NCBI GenBank assembly: GCA_965279515.1
Contig: CBDIID010000001.1
Coordinates: forward strand, 1 to 38,023
From: Turneriella sp.
GTDB taxonomy: Bacteria; Spirochaetota; Leptospiria; Turneriellales; Turneriellaceae
Direction of reading: 5' to 3'
DNA length: 38,023 nt
Part shown: piece after piece, positions 8,381 through 17,045 of the stretch
Numbering within the stretch: position 1 is the stretch's first letter
How the letters are laid out: every line of letters starts with the position of its first letter
Notes under the pieces: model-generated
What the model saw: the letters and a program-made list of their open reading frames with translations, nothing else
What the model was told of the DNA's origin: nothing
Databases searched by the model: none
Position numbers and translations under genes: made by a program

Positions 8381-9379
8381 CTAAGCCGCGATCTGGCTAC
8401 TTGGGATGTCTTTCAAAACCTGGCCCACATCCCGCAGGAATGCCGAATAAGATAAATTTTTGTCGAGCAGCGCAAACTTGCGCTGAAACTCGCAGGTGGC
8501 AATGAGATTGGATAACACCACGCGCTTATAGTTCTGGTGTTTTCTCTGCCAGGATTTTACGCGCGCAAAATCGGCAGTCAGCAACGCCAGCACACCGTCG
8601 TAATAATCCACGAGGTCAGACAAAGTCTGTACAGAATTTTGCAGCTCCGGAACATTGGGCGCTGTCTTATACATCTTCTCCATAAAAGAGACGATGATTT
8701 CAACCTCAGCAATCTTGACGCGTGTGAACATCGGTATCGAGTACATCTTACGCCAGTCGAGATTGCGCAAAAAATAACGCGCAGCAAAGACCGGGTTTTG
8801 TGAAATCGAATCGTCGGTCATGGCTTCGACCAGGTCGACCGCGCGCGCCTTGCCCTGCTCTTCTATTTTCTCCCGCTCGACCTTGATTTTCATAAAGTCT
8901 TCGGGTTTAAAAACAATTAAGCGCGAACGCGGGTATTTGCCCTTGATGCGCATGATGTTCTGCCGGGGGATATCCTGGTCGGAAATAAAATAACGTCGCC
9001 CGTCGCCGATCGCCGGCAGCACGTTCGGCCAATAACCAGCGAAATGGAAAGCAAGCCCCGGCAGGGAATCCAGGCCTTCATATTCGAGCGGAATCCGCAT
9101 AAACCGGGTCTCACCCTCTTCGCCGTACTCGAACGGGATTTTTACAAAACTGCGCTCCATCGGGAAAAAAAGCAACGGCGAATCGAGCCGTGTCTGGATG
9201 CGAAATTTCTCACCGAGAAAAATGGCATGCAGCATTGGGTGAATCTGCTGCTCCACGCCGGCACTCATCCAGCCTTGCGGCTTGCCGTCGCGGAAAGCCA
9301 GGAAGGTTCCGTTCCGCATATTGACGCGGAGCAAAAAACCTGCGGCTGTGCGATGTTCTACGTAATCGTCGAACTTCAT
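8381..9379 (-). CDS. Hypothetical protein (332 aa)
   Basis: Long ORF, ATGA overlap with upstream Fis-HTH gene; no recognised motif. Confidence 0.75.
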   Translation of the reverse strand: MKFDDYVEHRTAAGFLLRVNMRNGTFLAFRDGKPQGWMSAGVEQQIHPMLHAIFLGEKFRIQTRLDSPLLFFPMERSFVKIPFEYGEEGETRFMRIPLEYEGLDSLPGLAFHFAGYWPNVLPAIGDGRRYFISDQDIPRQNIMRIKGKYPRSRLIVFKPEDFMKIKVEREKIEEQGKARAVDLVEAMTDDSISQNPVFAARYFLRNLDWRKMYSIPMFTRVKIAEVEIIVSFMEKMYKTAPNVPELQNSVQTLSDLVDYYDGVLALLTADFARVKSWQRKHQNYKRVVLSNLIATCEFQRKFALLDKNLSYSAFLRDVGQVLKDIPSSQIAA

Positions 9380-10410
9380 TCTTCATTATCAGTATCGGCA
9401 TCTGCCGAGGCATAACTTTCCAACTGGTACTTTCTTAATTTATGCTGCAACGAACCCCGCGAGACTTTTAGCAGATTCGCGATCTTGTGTTGCGAGCGCC
9501 CGACCCGGGCCTGCGCCTTGAGGATTGCCTGCTTTTCAAACTCGGCGATCACGCCGCGCAACCCCCTACCCTCTTCGAGAATTGACTCGACCGAAAGCGA
9601 ACTTTTACCCAGGACACGGCTTTTCTGGAAGTCCAAATTCGCCTCTGCCCCCGTGGCGCGGACGCCATGGAGCGACCTCCAGAATGCAGCCATCTCTTCC
9701 AGTTCTGCCGGGCTGCGTTTAGCCAGCGCCGGTAAAAGAAATCGCCCGGGAATCAAAGCGTCAGCCAGCGGAGCCTGTAATATTTTTCGGTTGCGCAGCG
9801 CCTGTAAGTCATAGACTGTCGCCGCCCACAACACGCCCCAACCCTTTATATGCTTCACAACAGCCTGCTGCTCTGCGACCTCCAGAAGCGCGATCTCCGG
9901 AACAACGAACGCAAGGCCGAATCTCGTCTGCACATGGATAACCACTTCGTCGCGGTTGTCGATGCGAGTGTTCGCATGGCGGATCGCCAGCGTCTGCAGC
10001 ACAGCTTCCTTTCCGGCGCCGGGCTGGCCATTGAGTACAAGCAGAGCGGGCGGCTGCGCAACAATCTCATTGAGCTGCAAAGCAAGGCCAGTCAAGCCAG
10101 GAAAAAAGGGCAAAAACGTGGGATAACCATCGGACCGCACCACCTCGTGCTCCAGCAAGATCTGCCATAACCCGGCATCCGCGGCAGCGGGGATAGCGTC
10201 AGCATAGAGGTGCAACCTGAACCCACCTGCAGACTCCCACTCAAACACAGACCCGGGCGGCAGAGACTCGACCGCCCGAACCAAGCCGTCGCTAGAAAAG
10301 AAAAAGGAAAACGAGTCATAGGCAAGGCCAAGATCTACGCCCGACGGATACGCCGCAACCCAGAGACCCCAAATCCCCTTAGCCTGATATTCAGACCAGC
10401 CTGCCATCAC
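9376..10410 (-). CDS. Fis-type HTH regulator with degenerate sigma-54-activator-like AAA region
   Basis: NGQPGAGKE Walker-A-like motif; C-terminal FEKQAILKA...QHKIANLLKVSRGSLQHKLRKY (HTH_8); no GAFTGA. Confidence 0.75.
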   Translation of the reverse strand: MMAGWSEYQAKGIWGLWVAAYPSGVDLGLAYDSFSFFFSSDGLVRAVESLPPGSVFEWESAGGFRLHLYADAIPAAADAGLWQILLEHEVVRSDGYPTFLPFFPGLTGLALQLNEIVAQPPALLVLNGQPGAGKEAVLQTLAIRHANTRIDNRDEVVIHVQTRFGLAFVVPEIALLEVAEQQAVVKHIKGWGVLWAATVYDLQALRNRKILQAPLADALIPGRFLLPALAKRSPAELEEMAAFWRSLHGVRATGAEANLDFQKSRVLGKSSLSVESILEEGRGLRGVIAEFEKQAILKAQARVGRSQHKIANLLKVSRGSLQHKLRKYQLESYASADADTDNEE

Positions 10411-10455
10411 CTCACGAGGCTTAATTTTAATCGGCCGTCAATCACTAATACGGCA

Positions 10456-10471
10456 TGTCGGATATCCGACA
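10456..10471. promoter_or_regulatory. Candidate parS site 1 (perfect 16-bp palindrome)
   Basis: TGTCGGATATCCGACA upstream of parA. Confidence 0.7.
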
Positions 10472-10502
10472 CCAACAGGTATTTCGATGTAGCATAACCA
10501 GC

Positions 10503-10518
10503 TGTCGGACATCCGACA
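10503..10518. promoter_or_regulatory. Candidate parS site 2
   Basis: TGTCGGACATCCGACA, 15/16 identical to site 1, 47 bp downstream; both followed by CCA. Confidence 0.7.
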
Positions 10519-10568
10519 CCATAATTGAATCGGCTTGACGTGCCGTGGTGGCGCGCTCGTGTGCACCG

Positions 10569-11327
10569 ATGCCAGCCGCCATCATTGCCATCGCAAACCA
10601 AAAAGGAGGCGAAGGCAAGACTACAACCTCCATCAATCTGGCGCATGGCCTGTCGCTGACCGGCAAAAGAACCCTGCTCGTCGACATGGACCCCCAGGGT
10701 AATAGCTCGGGCATCTTTGCTGATGTTGAAAATCTGACGAAAACTGTCGCCGACCTTTTCACCAAAAAGCACACCGCTGAAGAGGTTATTGTCCGCACCC
10801 GCTATGAGAAGCTCGACCTGCTGCCAGCAAAGATCAGCCTTGCGGAAGTCGAGCTCAGCACTCTCAATGTCGACGCACCCTATGTCATGCGCGATGCACT
10901 TGAAAGCGTCAAAGATAAATACGACGCCATGGTGATCGACTGCCCACCCAGTCTTTCCATTTTCACGATCAATGCCCTCGGCGCGGCGGGGTATGTCGTT
11001 ATCCCTCTGCAGGCAGAAAAATTCAGTATCGACGGGATAAAGGGTTTGCAGGGCACAATAGAGGGGATTAAGCGGCGCATAAACCCAGACCTTAAGATTC
11101 TCGGCGCACTCATTACCCAGCTCAAAAGCAATACGGTTTTAACGAAAACCATCCTGCCTGTGATCCAGAATTACTTCCCGGTTTTTGAGACCTCGATCTC
11201 CACGGGGGTCGCAGTAGGGGAGAGCCACCTGTCTCGCAGGTCATTGCTCGATTACAATTCCGGGGTCAAGCAGGCCAAAGAGTATTCAGCGTTCGTCAAA
11301 GAAGTCATCGATGGCATCAAAAAGTAA
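10569..11327 (+). CDS. parA: ParA/Soj partition ATPase
   Basis: ANQKGGEGKTT deviant Walker A, LVDMDPQGN, IDCPPSL; start reassigned to ATG 10569. Confidence 0.93.
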   Translation: MPAAIIAIANQKGGEGKTTTSINLAHGLSLTGKRTLLVDMDPQGNSSGIFADVENLTKTVADLFTKKHTAEEVIVRTRYEKLDLLPAKISLAEVELSTLNVDAPYVMRDALESVKDKYDAMVIDCPPSLSIFTINALGAAGYVVIPLQAEKFSIDGIKGLQGTIEGIKRRINPDLKILGALITQLKSNTVLTKTILPVIQNYFPVFETSISTGVAVGESHLSRRSLLDYNSGVKQAKEYSAFVKEVIDGIKK

Positions 11328-12144
11328 AAAACTTTCTTTCGCTGCCGACATCTTCGAGCAGGATATCGAAGGTATTATCCGCAAGATTCCGATTGCTGAC
11401 ATTCAGCCCTCTGTCGACCAGCCCCGAACCCAGTTCGATGACACCATCAACAGCCTGGCAGAATCGATTAAAACAGAAGGCCTGTTGCAGCCGATTGTCG
11501 TTACTAAAGAAGGAACTAAATACAAAATCGTAGCAGGTGAGCGCCGGTACCGTGCCGCACGCCTTGCAGGCCTTGAAACGATTGAATGCCGCATACTGCG
11601 CAAAAACCCCAAGGACACTTACCGGCTTGCTGTTATTGAGAACCTGCAGCGTGAGAACCTGAACGCCGTCGACGAGGCCAAAGCCTTCCGCAAACTCAAG
11701 CACGAGTATGGTTATAACGACAGCGACCTGGCCAAAATCGTCGGTAAATCACGCAATTACGTCAACGAGATCTTGTCGGTGGCGGATATCCCCGCAACAT
11801 GGATTGAGCGCGCCCAAGCCATCGGCATTGAGTCAAAGAACCTCTTTATCCAGTTTGCGCAGGCGATAAAATCAGGCACCGCTGAAGGTTTTTTGAGCGC
11901 CTATGAAAGCGGGGCGGTGAAAACCGTCGCTGCGGCAAAACAATTTAACAAGACGCAAAAAACTCCCGAAGCGAAGCCCGCAGCCCGCCCGCCTGGAATC
12001 AGCGATCTTCAGTGCAAGGGCGAATTCAAAGACAAACGCTGGCGCTTCACCCTGGACTTCACCACAGTACAAACCGGAAACGCCGACAAGGTAAAACAAC
12101 TCGAGAAGTTGATCGGCGAGACCGTTAAAAAACATTTGAAATAA
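11311..12144 (+). CDS. parB: ParB/Spo0J partition CTPase
   Basis: QPR, GLLQPIVV, IVAGERRYRA, ENLQRENL, HTH LAKIVGKSRNYV. Confidence 0.93.
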   Translation: MASKSKKLSFAADIFEQDIEGIIRKIPIADIQPSVDQPRTQFDDTINSLAESIKTEGLLQPIVVTKEGTKYKIVAGERRYRAARLAGLETIECRILRKNPKDTYRLAVIENLQRENLNAVDEAKAFRKLKHEYGYNDSDLAKIVGKSRNYVNEILSVADIPATWIERAQAIGIESKNLFIQFAQAIKSGTAEGFLSAYESGAVKTVAAAKQFNKTQKTPEAKPAARPPGISDLQCKGEFKDKRWRFTLDFTTVQTGNADKVKQLEKLIGETVKKHLK

Positions 12145-12429
12145 CCGCGGGCGCGGGTTCACGCCGTGCAAAAGACTTGACGGTGAATAATTATGTCACA
12201 TCTTAGTTTAGAAATTTAGGGGCTTGTTGGAATCCCGGAGAATATTCTCCAGGCGCGTAAAAAAAAACAGAACGCCAATCCTCTTAAAATTTCCGCTGAC
12301 GACCTTTGCAAAAAAAAAGGCATGTTGCCATGCCCGAAATTTCCAAAGGGAACTTGTTGGATGATGAGACATAATCCATCGCCAACAATCCGTCAACAAG
12401 TTTTTGATTACTTTCAAGCGGTGGGGGAT

Positions 12430-13335
12430 ATGGAACCGAACAACATGTATCTGGCAATAATGTCCGATATTTTGGACAGTGGCACTTGGGCAAATCTGGG
12501 GCCAGCAGCAAAAGCGCTCTATCCGGTATTGTGCAAATTCAGTAGCCACACCTTCAAACCAGTCTGGCCCGGCACAGACGAGCTCTTGCGGCTGACAGGG
12601 TTCAAAACAAAAAAGTCTCTTCAGGAAGCCAAGCGCGAACTCATCAAACAGGGATTGCTCCATGTCGTTGCGGGCACAGGCAGGACTTCGTCGCATTATT
12701 ATTTTCGCTTTGATTATCCTGGCAGCCGGGTGGATATTGAGGCTCACCGGGTGAACGCTGCATCCCGCAGAGGGATACAGGAATCACCCCCTGCGGGATA
12801 TCCGGCAACTACCGTGGGGGATGGCGCAATAGCCCCGAACCATATCAACATCCACATCAATAAACTTACTCAAACCACTAACAACAACAACCCGGACTTG
12901 TCGTCGTTGTTGAATGAATTTTTTGGAGCGTCGAAACCGCGAGGGGATTTCAAGGAGCATCTCGTCCAGGAAATGCTGGAGAAGTATGGCTCGCTGGAAG
13001 TCGGTGAAGCTGTACGTATCGCCATCAGCAAAGGCAAGGACGGCGACATCCGTTACCTCGAGGGGATTTTGAAGAACCGCGGCTCAGACCAGGTTAAAAA
13101 AAGCGATCCGGCACCCGGCGCGTTTTCTTTTGACGCAGTTTCGCCTTCGCTCAAAATTTGGCAGCACCACCTGGAGTCACTGGGTCGCTTTGGTGACACC
13201 TGGTATTTTTCGGCGAAAACCGATCTTTCGCCATCATTTGTCGAGGAGCAGTTTAAGCGCGCCGGCGTGCAGGTGAAGATCGTAAAGTCAGCCGCTGGTC
13301 GCGGCGAGAGTCGTGATTTTGCTGCGGCAAACTGA
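12430..13335 (+). CDS. Putative replication initiator (N-terminal wHTH, DnaD-like C-terminal motif), Leptospira chromosome II Rep-like
   Basis: Follows parAB; WANLGPAAKALYPVL...VWPG..EL.RLTG wHTH; RYLEGILKN DnaD-type motif; gggggat RBS before ATG 12430. Confidence 0.75.
   Translation: MEPNNMYLAIMSDILDSGTWANLGPAAKALYPVLCKFSSHTFKPVWPGTDELLRLTGFKTKKSLQEAKRELIKQGLLHVVAGTGRTSSHYYFRFDYPGSRVDIEAHRVNAASRRGIQESPPAGYPATTVGDGAIAPNHINIHINKLTQTTNNNNPDLSSLLNEFFGASKPRGDFKEHLVQEMLEKYGSLEVGEAVRIAISKGKDGDIRYLEGILKNRGSDQVKKSDPAPGAFSFDAVSPSLKIWQHHLESLGRFGDTWYFSAKTDLSPSFVEEQFKRAGVQVKIVKSAAGRGESRDFAAAN
12749..12895. repeat. Iteron-like 23-bp-phased repeats plus G-free tract inside rep (candidate origin)
   Basis: GGG(AT) at 12749, 12772, 12795, 12818; 12/13-bp inverted repeat 12762-12774/12787-12799; A/C-rich tract without G at 12838-12893. 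Confidence 0.5.
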
Positions 13336-13400
13336 ATTAATAAATTGATTGAAACACTATTCCTGCTTTCATCATGGGGCATTATGTTAGAGGGGGCACT

Positions 13401-14009
13401 ATGCCATTGATGTTATATACGGTTGTTTTCTTCTTTTTGTTGTGCTTGTTCGGGCTTTTCTGGTATCTGCAAAGCGGTTCTCCCGTTCGCGATGCCTATG
13501 TTTCTCCCTTATTTGGTGATCATGAAAAAAATCTCAGCACCGAGGATCTCTCTCTTCTGCTGGGTCTCAAGCGCATCGAGCATCTCGCCGATCGTGGGCG
13601 TTGGTTGCTCTTTATTTCGATTCTGCTTCTGATTATTGAATTCTTTGCAGTGCTCGGTATGTTGATTGAAAATCGCGGCCAGATGTATTGGGTGACAACA
13701 GTCAATCACGGGTATGTCATCGGCGGGTTCGTTTACCTGCTGGTGTCGATCGTTGCAGTGATTTTTTCCGTGCGCCTCGTGTCTGCGGAGAAAAGTCTTT
13801 CGATCTCAAATCCGTTTGAACGTATCGACGCATGGGAGCACAAGGTCGTGCAGGCAGACGCTGAACAGAAAAAGCGCATTTGCCTGTATCTGAACCAGGA
13901 ATCCGGTCGTCTCGAAGGCTATTTCGCTTTTGTTTTTGCCCTCGTCGGCTGCGGACTGACTCTGTTAACTTTCTGGGTCGCCGGCTGGCTGATGCAGTTC
14001 GTTCGCTGA
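13401..14009 (+). CDS. Hypothetical membrane protein (about 4 TM)
   Basis: agggggc RBS before ATG 13401; four hydrophobic segments. Confidence 0.75.
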   Translation: MPLMLYTVVFFFLLCLFGLFWYLQSGSPVRDAYVSPLFGDHEKNLSTEDLSLLLGLKRIEHLADRGRWLLFISILLLIIEFFAVLGMLIENRGQMYWVTTVNHGYVIGGFVYLLVSIVAVIFSVRLVSAEKSLSISNPFERIDAWEHKVVQADAEQKKRICLYLNQESGRLEGYFAFVFALVGCGLTLLTFWVAGWLMQFVR

Positions 14010-14022
14010 GCTTCTTTACAGA

Positions 14023-16416
14023 ATGGATCTCATCCGGTCGCAGGGCCTTGCTGCCCTGCACGCGCATTCCCTTTCCCCCGCATTAAAGGTCGATCACCAC
14101 GGCGGTGCTCTTTCTTTCCATGTAGAGAGAACGGCGCCGCATTGCACGGCAAAAATCGATTTTGAGAAATCCGTTTTTCTGAATAACATCAGCTATGAAA
14201 GCACGCTGCATGTACTAATCGATGTCTCATGGTCTAATGACGGTAAAAGTTTTTACCGTGTGCATGGCATGAAACATGAAAGCCACGGGGAAGCCCGGGA
14301 ATTTAAGTTTCCCCTGGTTGAGGCGCGCCATATACAGATCCATTTCTATCAGGAAGGTGGCTCAATCCATAAAAGCGATGTACGGAAATTCCAGCTCGGT
14401 TATACATCGCGCGCGAAAATTAAGGCGACCTCAGAAGCGGACAGGCTTTGGGTGGCGGAAAATCTTTCGGATCGGCGCGAAGACTATGGCTGGGCATCAC
14501 CCCTGCGCGATAAAAATGAGGCCGACGCGATCGATGTGGATTTAGGCGCGCTCTTTTTTGTGAATGAGATTCAACTGAAATCCATTGCCGATGAGTATAA
14601 TCATTTCCCGGTCGCGTTCCAGCTGCAATTGTCTGAGGATGCCGGGGTGTGGCAGACGCTTTCGACAGAAGACCATTTTTTTGCCGCACCACTGACATGG
14701 CATGCCTGGAAGTTTTCTGCCACGCGTGCGCGTTTTGTCCGCATACAGATCGACAAGCAGGCGCACTATAAGAAGGGCGAGTATCAGTCCAAGATTTTAG
14801 ACGTGGCCATCTTTGCTGAGGCTGATGCAATGCAGATTGCCGGCTCGGCAAAGCAGAGCTCGGGACGCATGGCGAGCGAAAATGTCCCGGGCATGGTGCT
14901 TCTCGCCGCCAACAATATTGCCGCGCCCAGCCGCGTTGTGCAATCCGATGACATTCGGCTCAGAAATGCCAGCACCGAATACCGCGGCATCATGCAGTTT
15001 GCACGCGATAATGAGGCAGCTCAAGAGAAGGCTGTGCAGGGTAGTGATTCGCGCCTGAAGCCGGCAACCGAAGCCTGTCCGGGAATTGTTCAGCTCGCGA
15101 AAGATGGCGAAACACGGGAGCAGGCGGTGGTGCAGGGCAGCGACTCACGCCTCAAGCGCGCTACACAGGATAGTTTTGGCATCGTTCAGCTTTCAAAAGA
15201 CGGGGAGACAAAACCCGGCGTCGCCCTGCAGGCAAGCGATTCGCGGCTGAAAGCTGCGGCGGTGGATGCAGCCGGTATTGTCGCGCTGGCCCGTGACGGC
15301 GAAAACACCATCGGCAAAGCGGTCCAGGGCAATGATTCGCGGCTCAGGGCGTCATCTCAGGCCTGGCCCGGTATTATTCAGCTCGCAGGGCACGGTGAAA
15401 TTGCGGGTAATAAGGCCGTGGCTGCCGACGATCCAAGGCTCGCAGAAGGTGACGAGGCGCATAAAGGCCGCGTGCAATTCGCGCGACAGGGTGAATCCGC
15501 GAATTTAAAAGCGGTGCAGGCCAGCGATCCGCGGTTGCAGAGCGCAACGGAAGAGTCGCGCGGCGTCGTTCAGTTTGCCCGGAGCGGCATGAGCGCCGCA
15601 GGGCAGGCGGTGCAAGCGACGGATTCGCGTCTGAGCGACGCGCGTGAGGCAAAGGCGCATTCGCACGATGAGTACGCAAAACATCAGCACGATTTTAATT
15701 CTCATACGGGGAATATCCAACTGAAACGCGCAAACAAAACTGCGCAACCGGATTCGCTGGCGGCGCCCGTCGATACGCAGATTCCTTTTATCGTCGAGAA
15801 CAGCGACGGCTTGGCGGCGAGTCTCTCTGGCGGAGCGGTTTTTTCAGCAGATGGCACGGCGAGTTTTCATATTTCCAAGACGGCGCCGGCGATTCAGGCG
15901 AGTTCGCGCGACCAGGTTGCGGCAACGCTGATATCGGCTAACGCCTATGCGTTGCATCTGCCGCGTTCGATACCAGGACTCAAAGGTTCTGAAAAGGCGC
16001 TGCTTGCAGAAGGTTTCGTGCAGGTGGATGGTCAGCTGTCTGTAAAAAATGCCGCGTGTATTTCTGTGGCATTGCCGAAGGCATCGAACGAAGCATTTGT
16101 CGACGGCGATCTGCTCACCATTGAAAACGGGGTGGCCGCAAAAATGCGTTCTGAAAACCAGGCTTTCATCGGTGTCTCCATTAAAGCGGCGGGCATCCAG
16201 CTTGAGTCGGGTGTGGCCTCTGTGAGAGCCGCGGTTGCCGGCATCGTCAGCTTGCGCGTTTACGGCCAGATCAAGGCCGGCGACAAACTGACGCTCAATT
16301 CGTCGCAGCCCGGCACCTGCAAAGCAGGGCAGGGGCAGGATAAGATTTATGCCGTTGCCCTCGAGACGGTCGCAAATGATCGCGAAAAGCAAGTATTGAG
16401 TATCTTAGTCCGGTGA
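14023..16416 (+). CDS. Discoidin (F5/8 type C) domain protein with phage tail-fibre-like repeats
   Basis: Two discoidin-like regions (VSWSNDGKSF...ARHIQI; IDVDLG...FQLQLSED...ARFVRI), eight 32-aa A[ST]xxxxGIVQLA repeats, HxH motifs. Confidence 0.82.
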   Translation: MDLIRSQGLAALHAHSLSPALKVDHHGGALSFHVERTAPHCTAKIDFEKSVFLNNISYESTLHVLIDVSWSNDGKSFYRVHGMKHESHGEAREFKFPLVEARHIQIHFYQEGGSIHKSDVRKFQLGYTSRAKIKATSEADRLWVAENLSDRREDYGWASPLRDKNEADAIDVDLGALFFVNEIQLKSIADEYNHFPVAFQLQLSEDAGVWQTLSTEDHFFAAPLTWHAWKFSATRARFVRIQIDKQAHYKKGEYQSKILDVAIFAEADAMQIAGSAKQSSGRMASENVPGMVLLAANNIAAPSRVVQSDDIRLRNASTEYRGIMQFARDNEAAQEKAVQGSDSRLKPATEACPGIVQLAKDGETREQAVVQGSDSRLKRATQDSFGIVQLSKDGETKPGVALQASDSRLKAAAVDAAGIVALARDGENTIGKAVQGNDSRLRASSQAWPGIIQLAGHGEIAGNKAVAADDPRLAEGDEAHKGRVQFARQGESANLKAVQASDPRLQSATEESRGVVQFARSGMSAAGQAVQATDSRLSDAREAKAHSHDEYAKHQHDFNSHTGNIQLKRANKTAQPDSLAAPVDTQIPFIVENSDGLAASLSGGAVFSADGTASFHISKTAPAIQASSRDQVAATLISANAYALHLPRSIPGLKGSEKALLAEGFVQVDGQLSVKNAACISVALPKASNEAFVDGDLLTIENGVAAKMRSENQAFIGVSIKAAGIQLESGVASVRAAVAGIVSLRVYGQIKAGDKLTLNSSQPGTCKAGQGQDKIYAVALETVANDREKQVLSILVR
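14872..15639 (+). repeat. Eight tandem 96-bp (32-aa) degenerate coding repeats
   Basis: Consensus A[ST]xxxxG[IV][VI]Q[LF]AxxGExxxxx[AV]VQxxDxRLxx. Confidence 0.9.
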
Positions 16417-17045
16417 CACCAGAAGAACTTGCAGGACATCCTTTAGCCGCAGAGCTCGCAGCCTGTGGAAATCTTTTTCACAGCTGGCAGTGGTCGCTTT
16501 CGAGCAGCAGCAATTATTCGGCGCTACTTAGTGAAGGGCGGGTTATTATTTCGCGCTCAGGGGTGGATAAAGAGCATATGACTTCGGCTGACTTCATGCT
16601 GGTAGATCTTGAAGCAAAGCCAATCCCTCCTTTTGATCAATTCAAACCATCGGCCGAAACTGAACTTCACTGCCATCTCTACAAAATGGGAGAAAAGGCG
16701 GGCGCCAAAGCTGTGCTGCACACACACTCTAAATATTCCGTATATTTTTCGCGTAAATATCTCCAGCAGGGCAGATTAAGCGTTTCTGGTTTTGAGATGC
16801 AGAAAATTTTTGAAGGTGTTAAGACGCATGACAGCACTGTGGAAATTCCTGTGTTTAAAAATAGCCAGAGCATGCCCGACATCACAGCCGAGTTTGATGT
16901 ATACCTCAAAACAAACCCTATGCCGCCGGCTTATCTGATCGACGGACACGGGATTTACTCCTGGGCAAAAACTGTTTTACACGCCAAGCAGAAACTCGAG
17001 GCGCTGGAGCACTTGCTCGAGTTGAAGTACATGGAGGAGCCATAA
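16413..17045 (+). CDS. mtnB: Methylthioribulose-1-phosphate dehydratase
   Basis: Class II aldolase motifs SGVDK, KPSAETELH, VLHTHS, GHGIYSW; adjacent to mtnD and mtnC. Confidence 0.9.
   Translation: MTPEELAGHPLAAELAACGNLFHSWQWSLSSSSNYSALLSEGRVIISRSGVDKEHMTSADFMLVDLEAKPIPPFDQFKPSAETELHCHLYKMGEKAGAKAVLHTHSKYSVYFSRKYLQQGRLSVSGFEMQKIFEGVKTHDSTVEIPVFKNSQSMPDITAEFDVYLKTNPMPPAYLIDGHGIYSWAKTVLHAKQKLEALEHLLELKYMEEP

Noticed and set aside
12174..12201. Second dif site (TTATGTCACAT resembles the right arm at 4791)
   Set aside because: The left arm lacks the CATAA half and overlaps a likely -35 promoter element; at most a half-site.
10411..13400. DnaA-dependent oriC
   Set aside because: No dnaA gene and no cluster of TTATCCACA boxes seen by eye around par/rep.
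14872..15639. CRISPR array or non-coding repeat array
   Set aside because: Repeats are in-frame, conserved at protein level and degenerate in DNA; no cas genes.
10569..16416. Intact prophage or phage-plasmid
   Set aside because: Only an initiator and a fibre-like gene; no terminase, portal, capsid, sheath, lysis or integrase genes.
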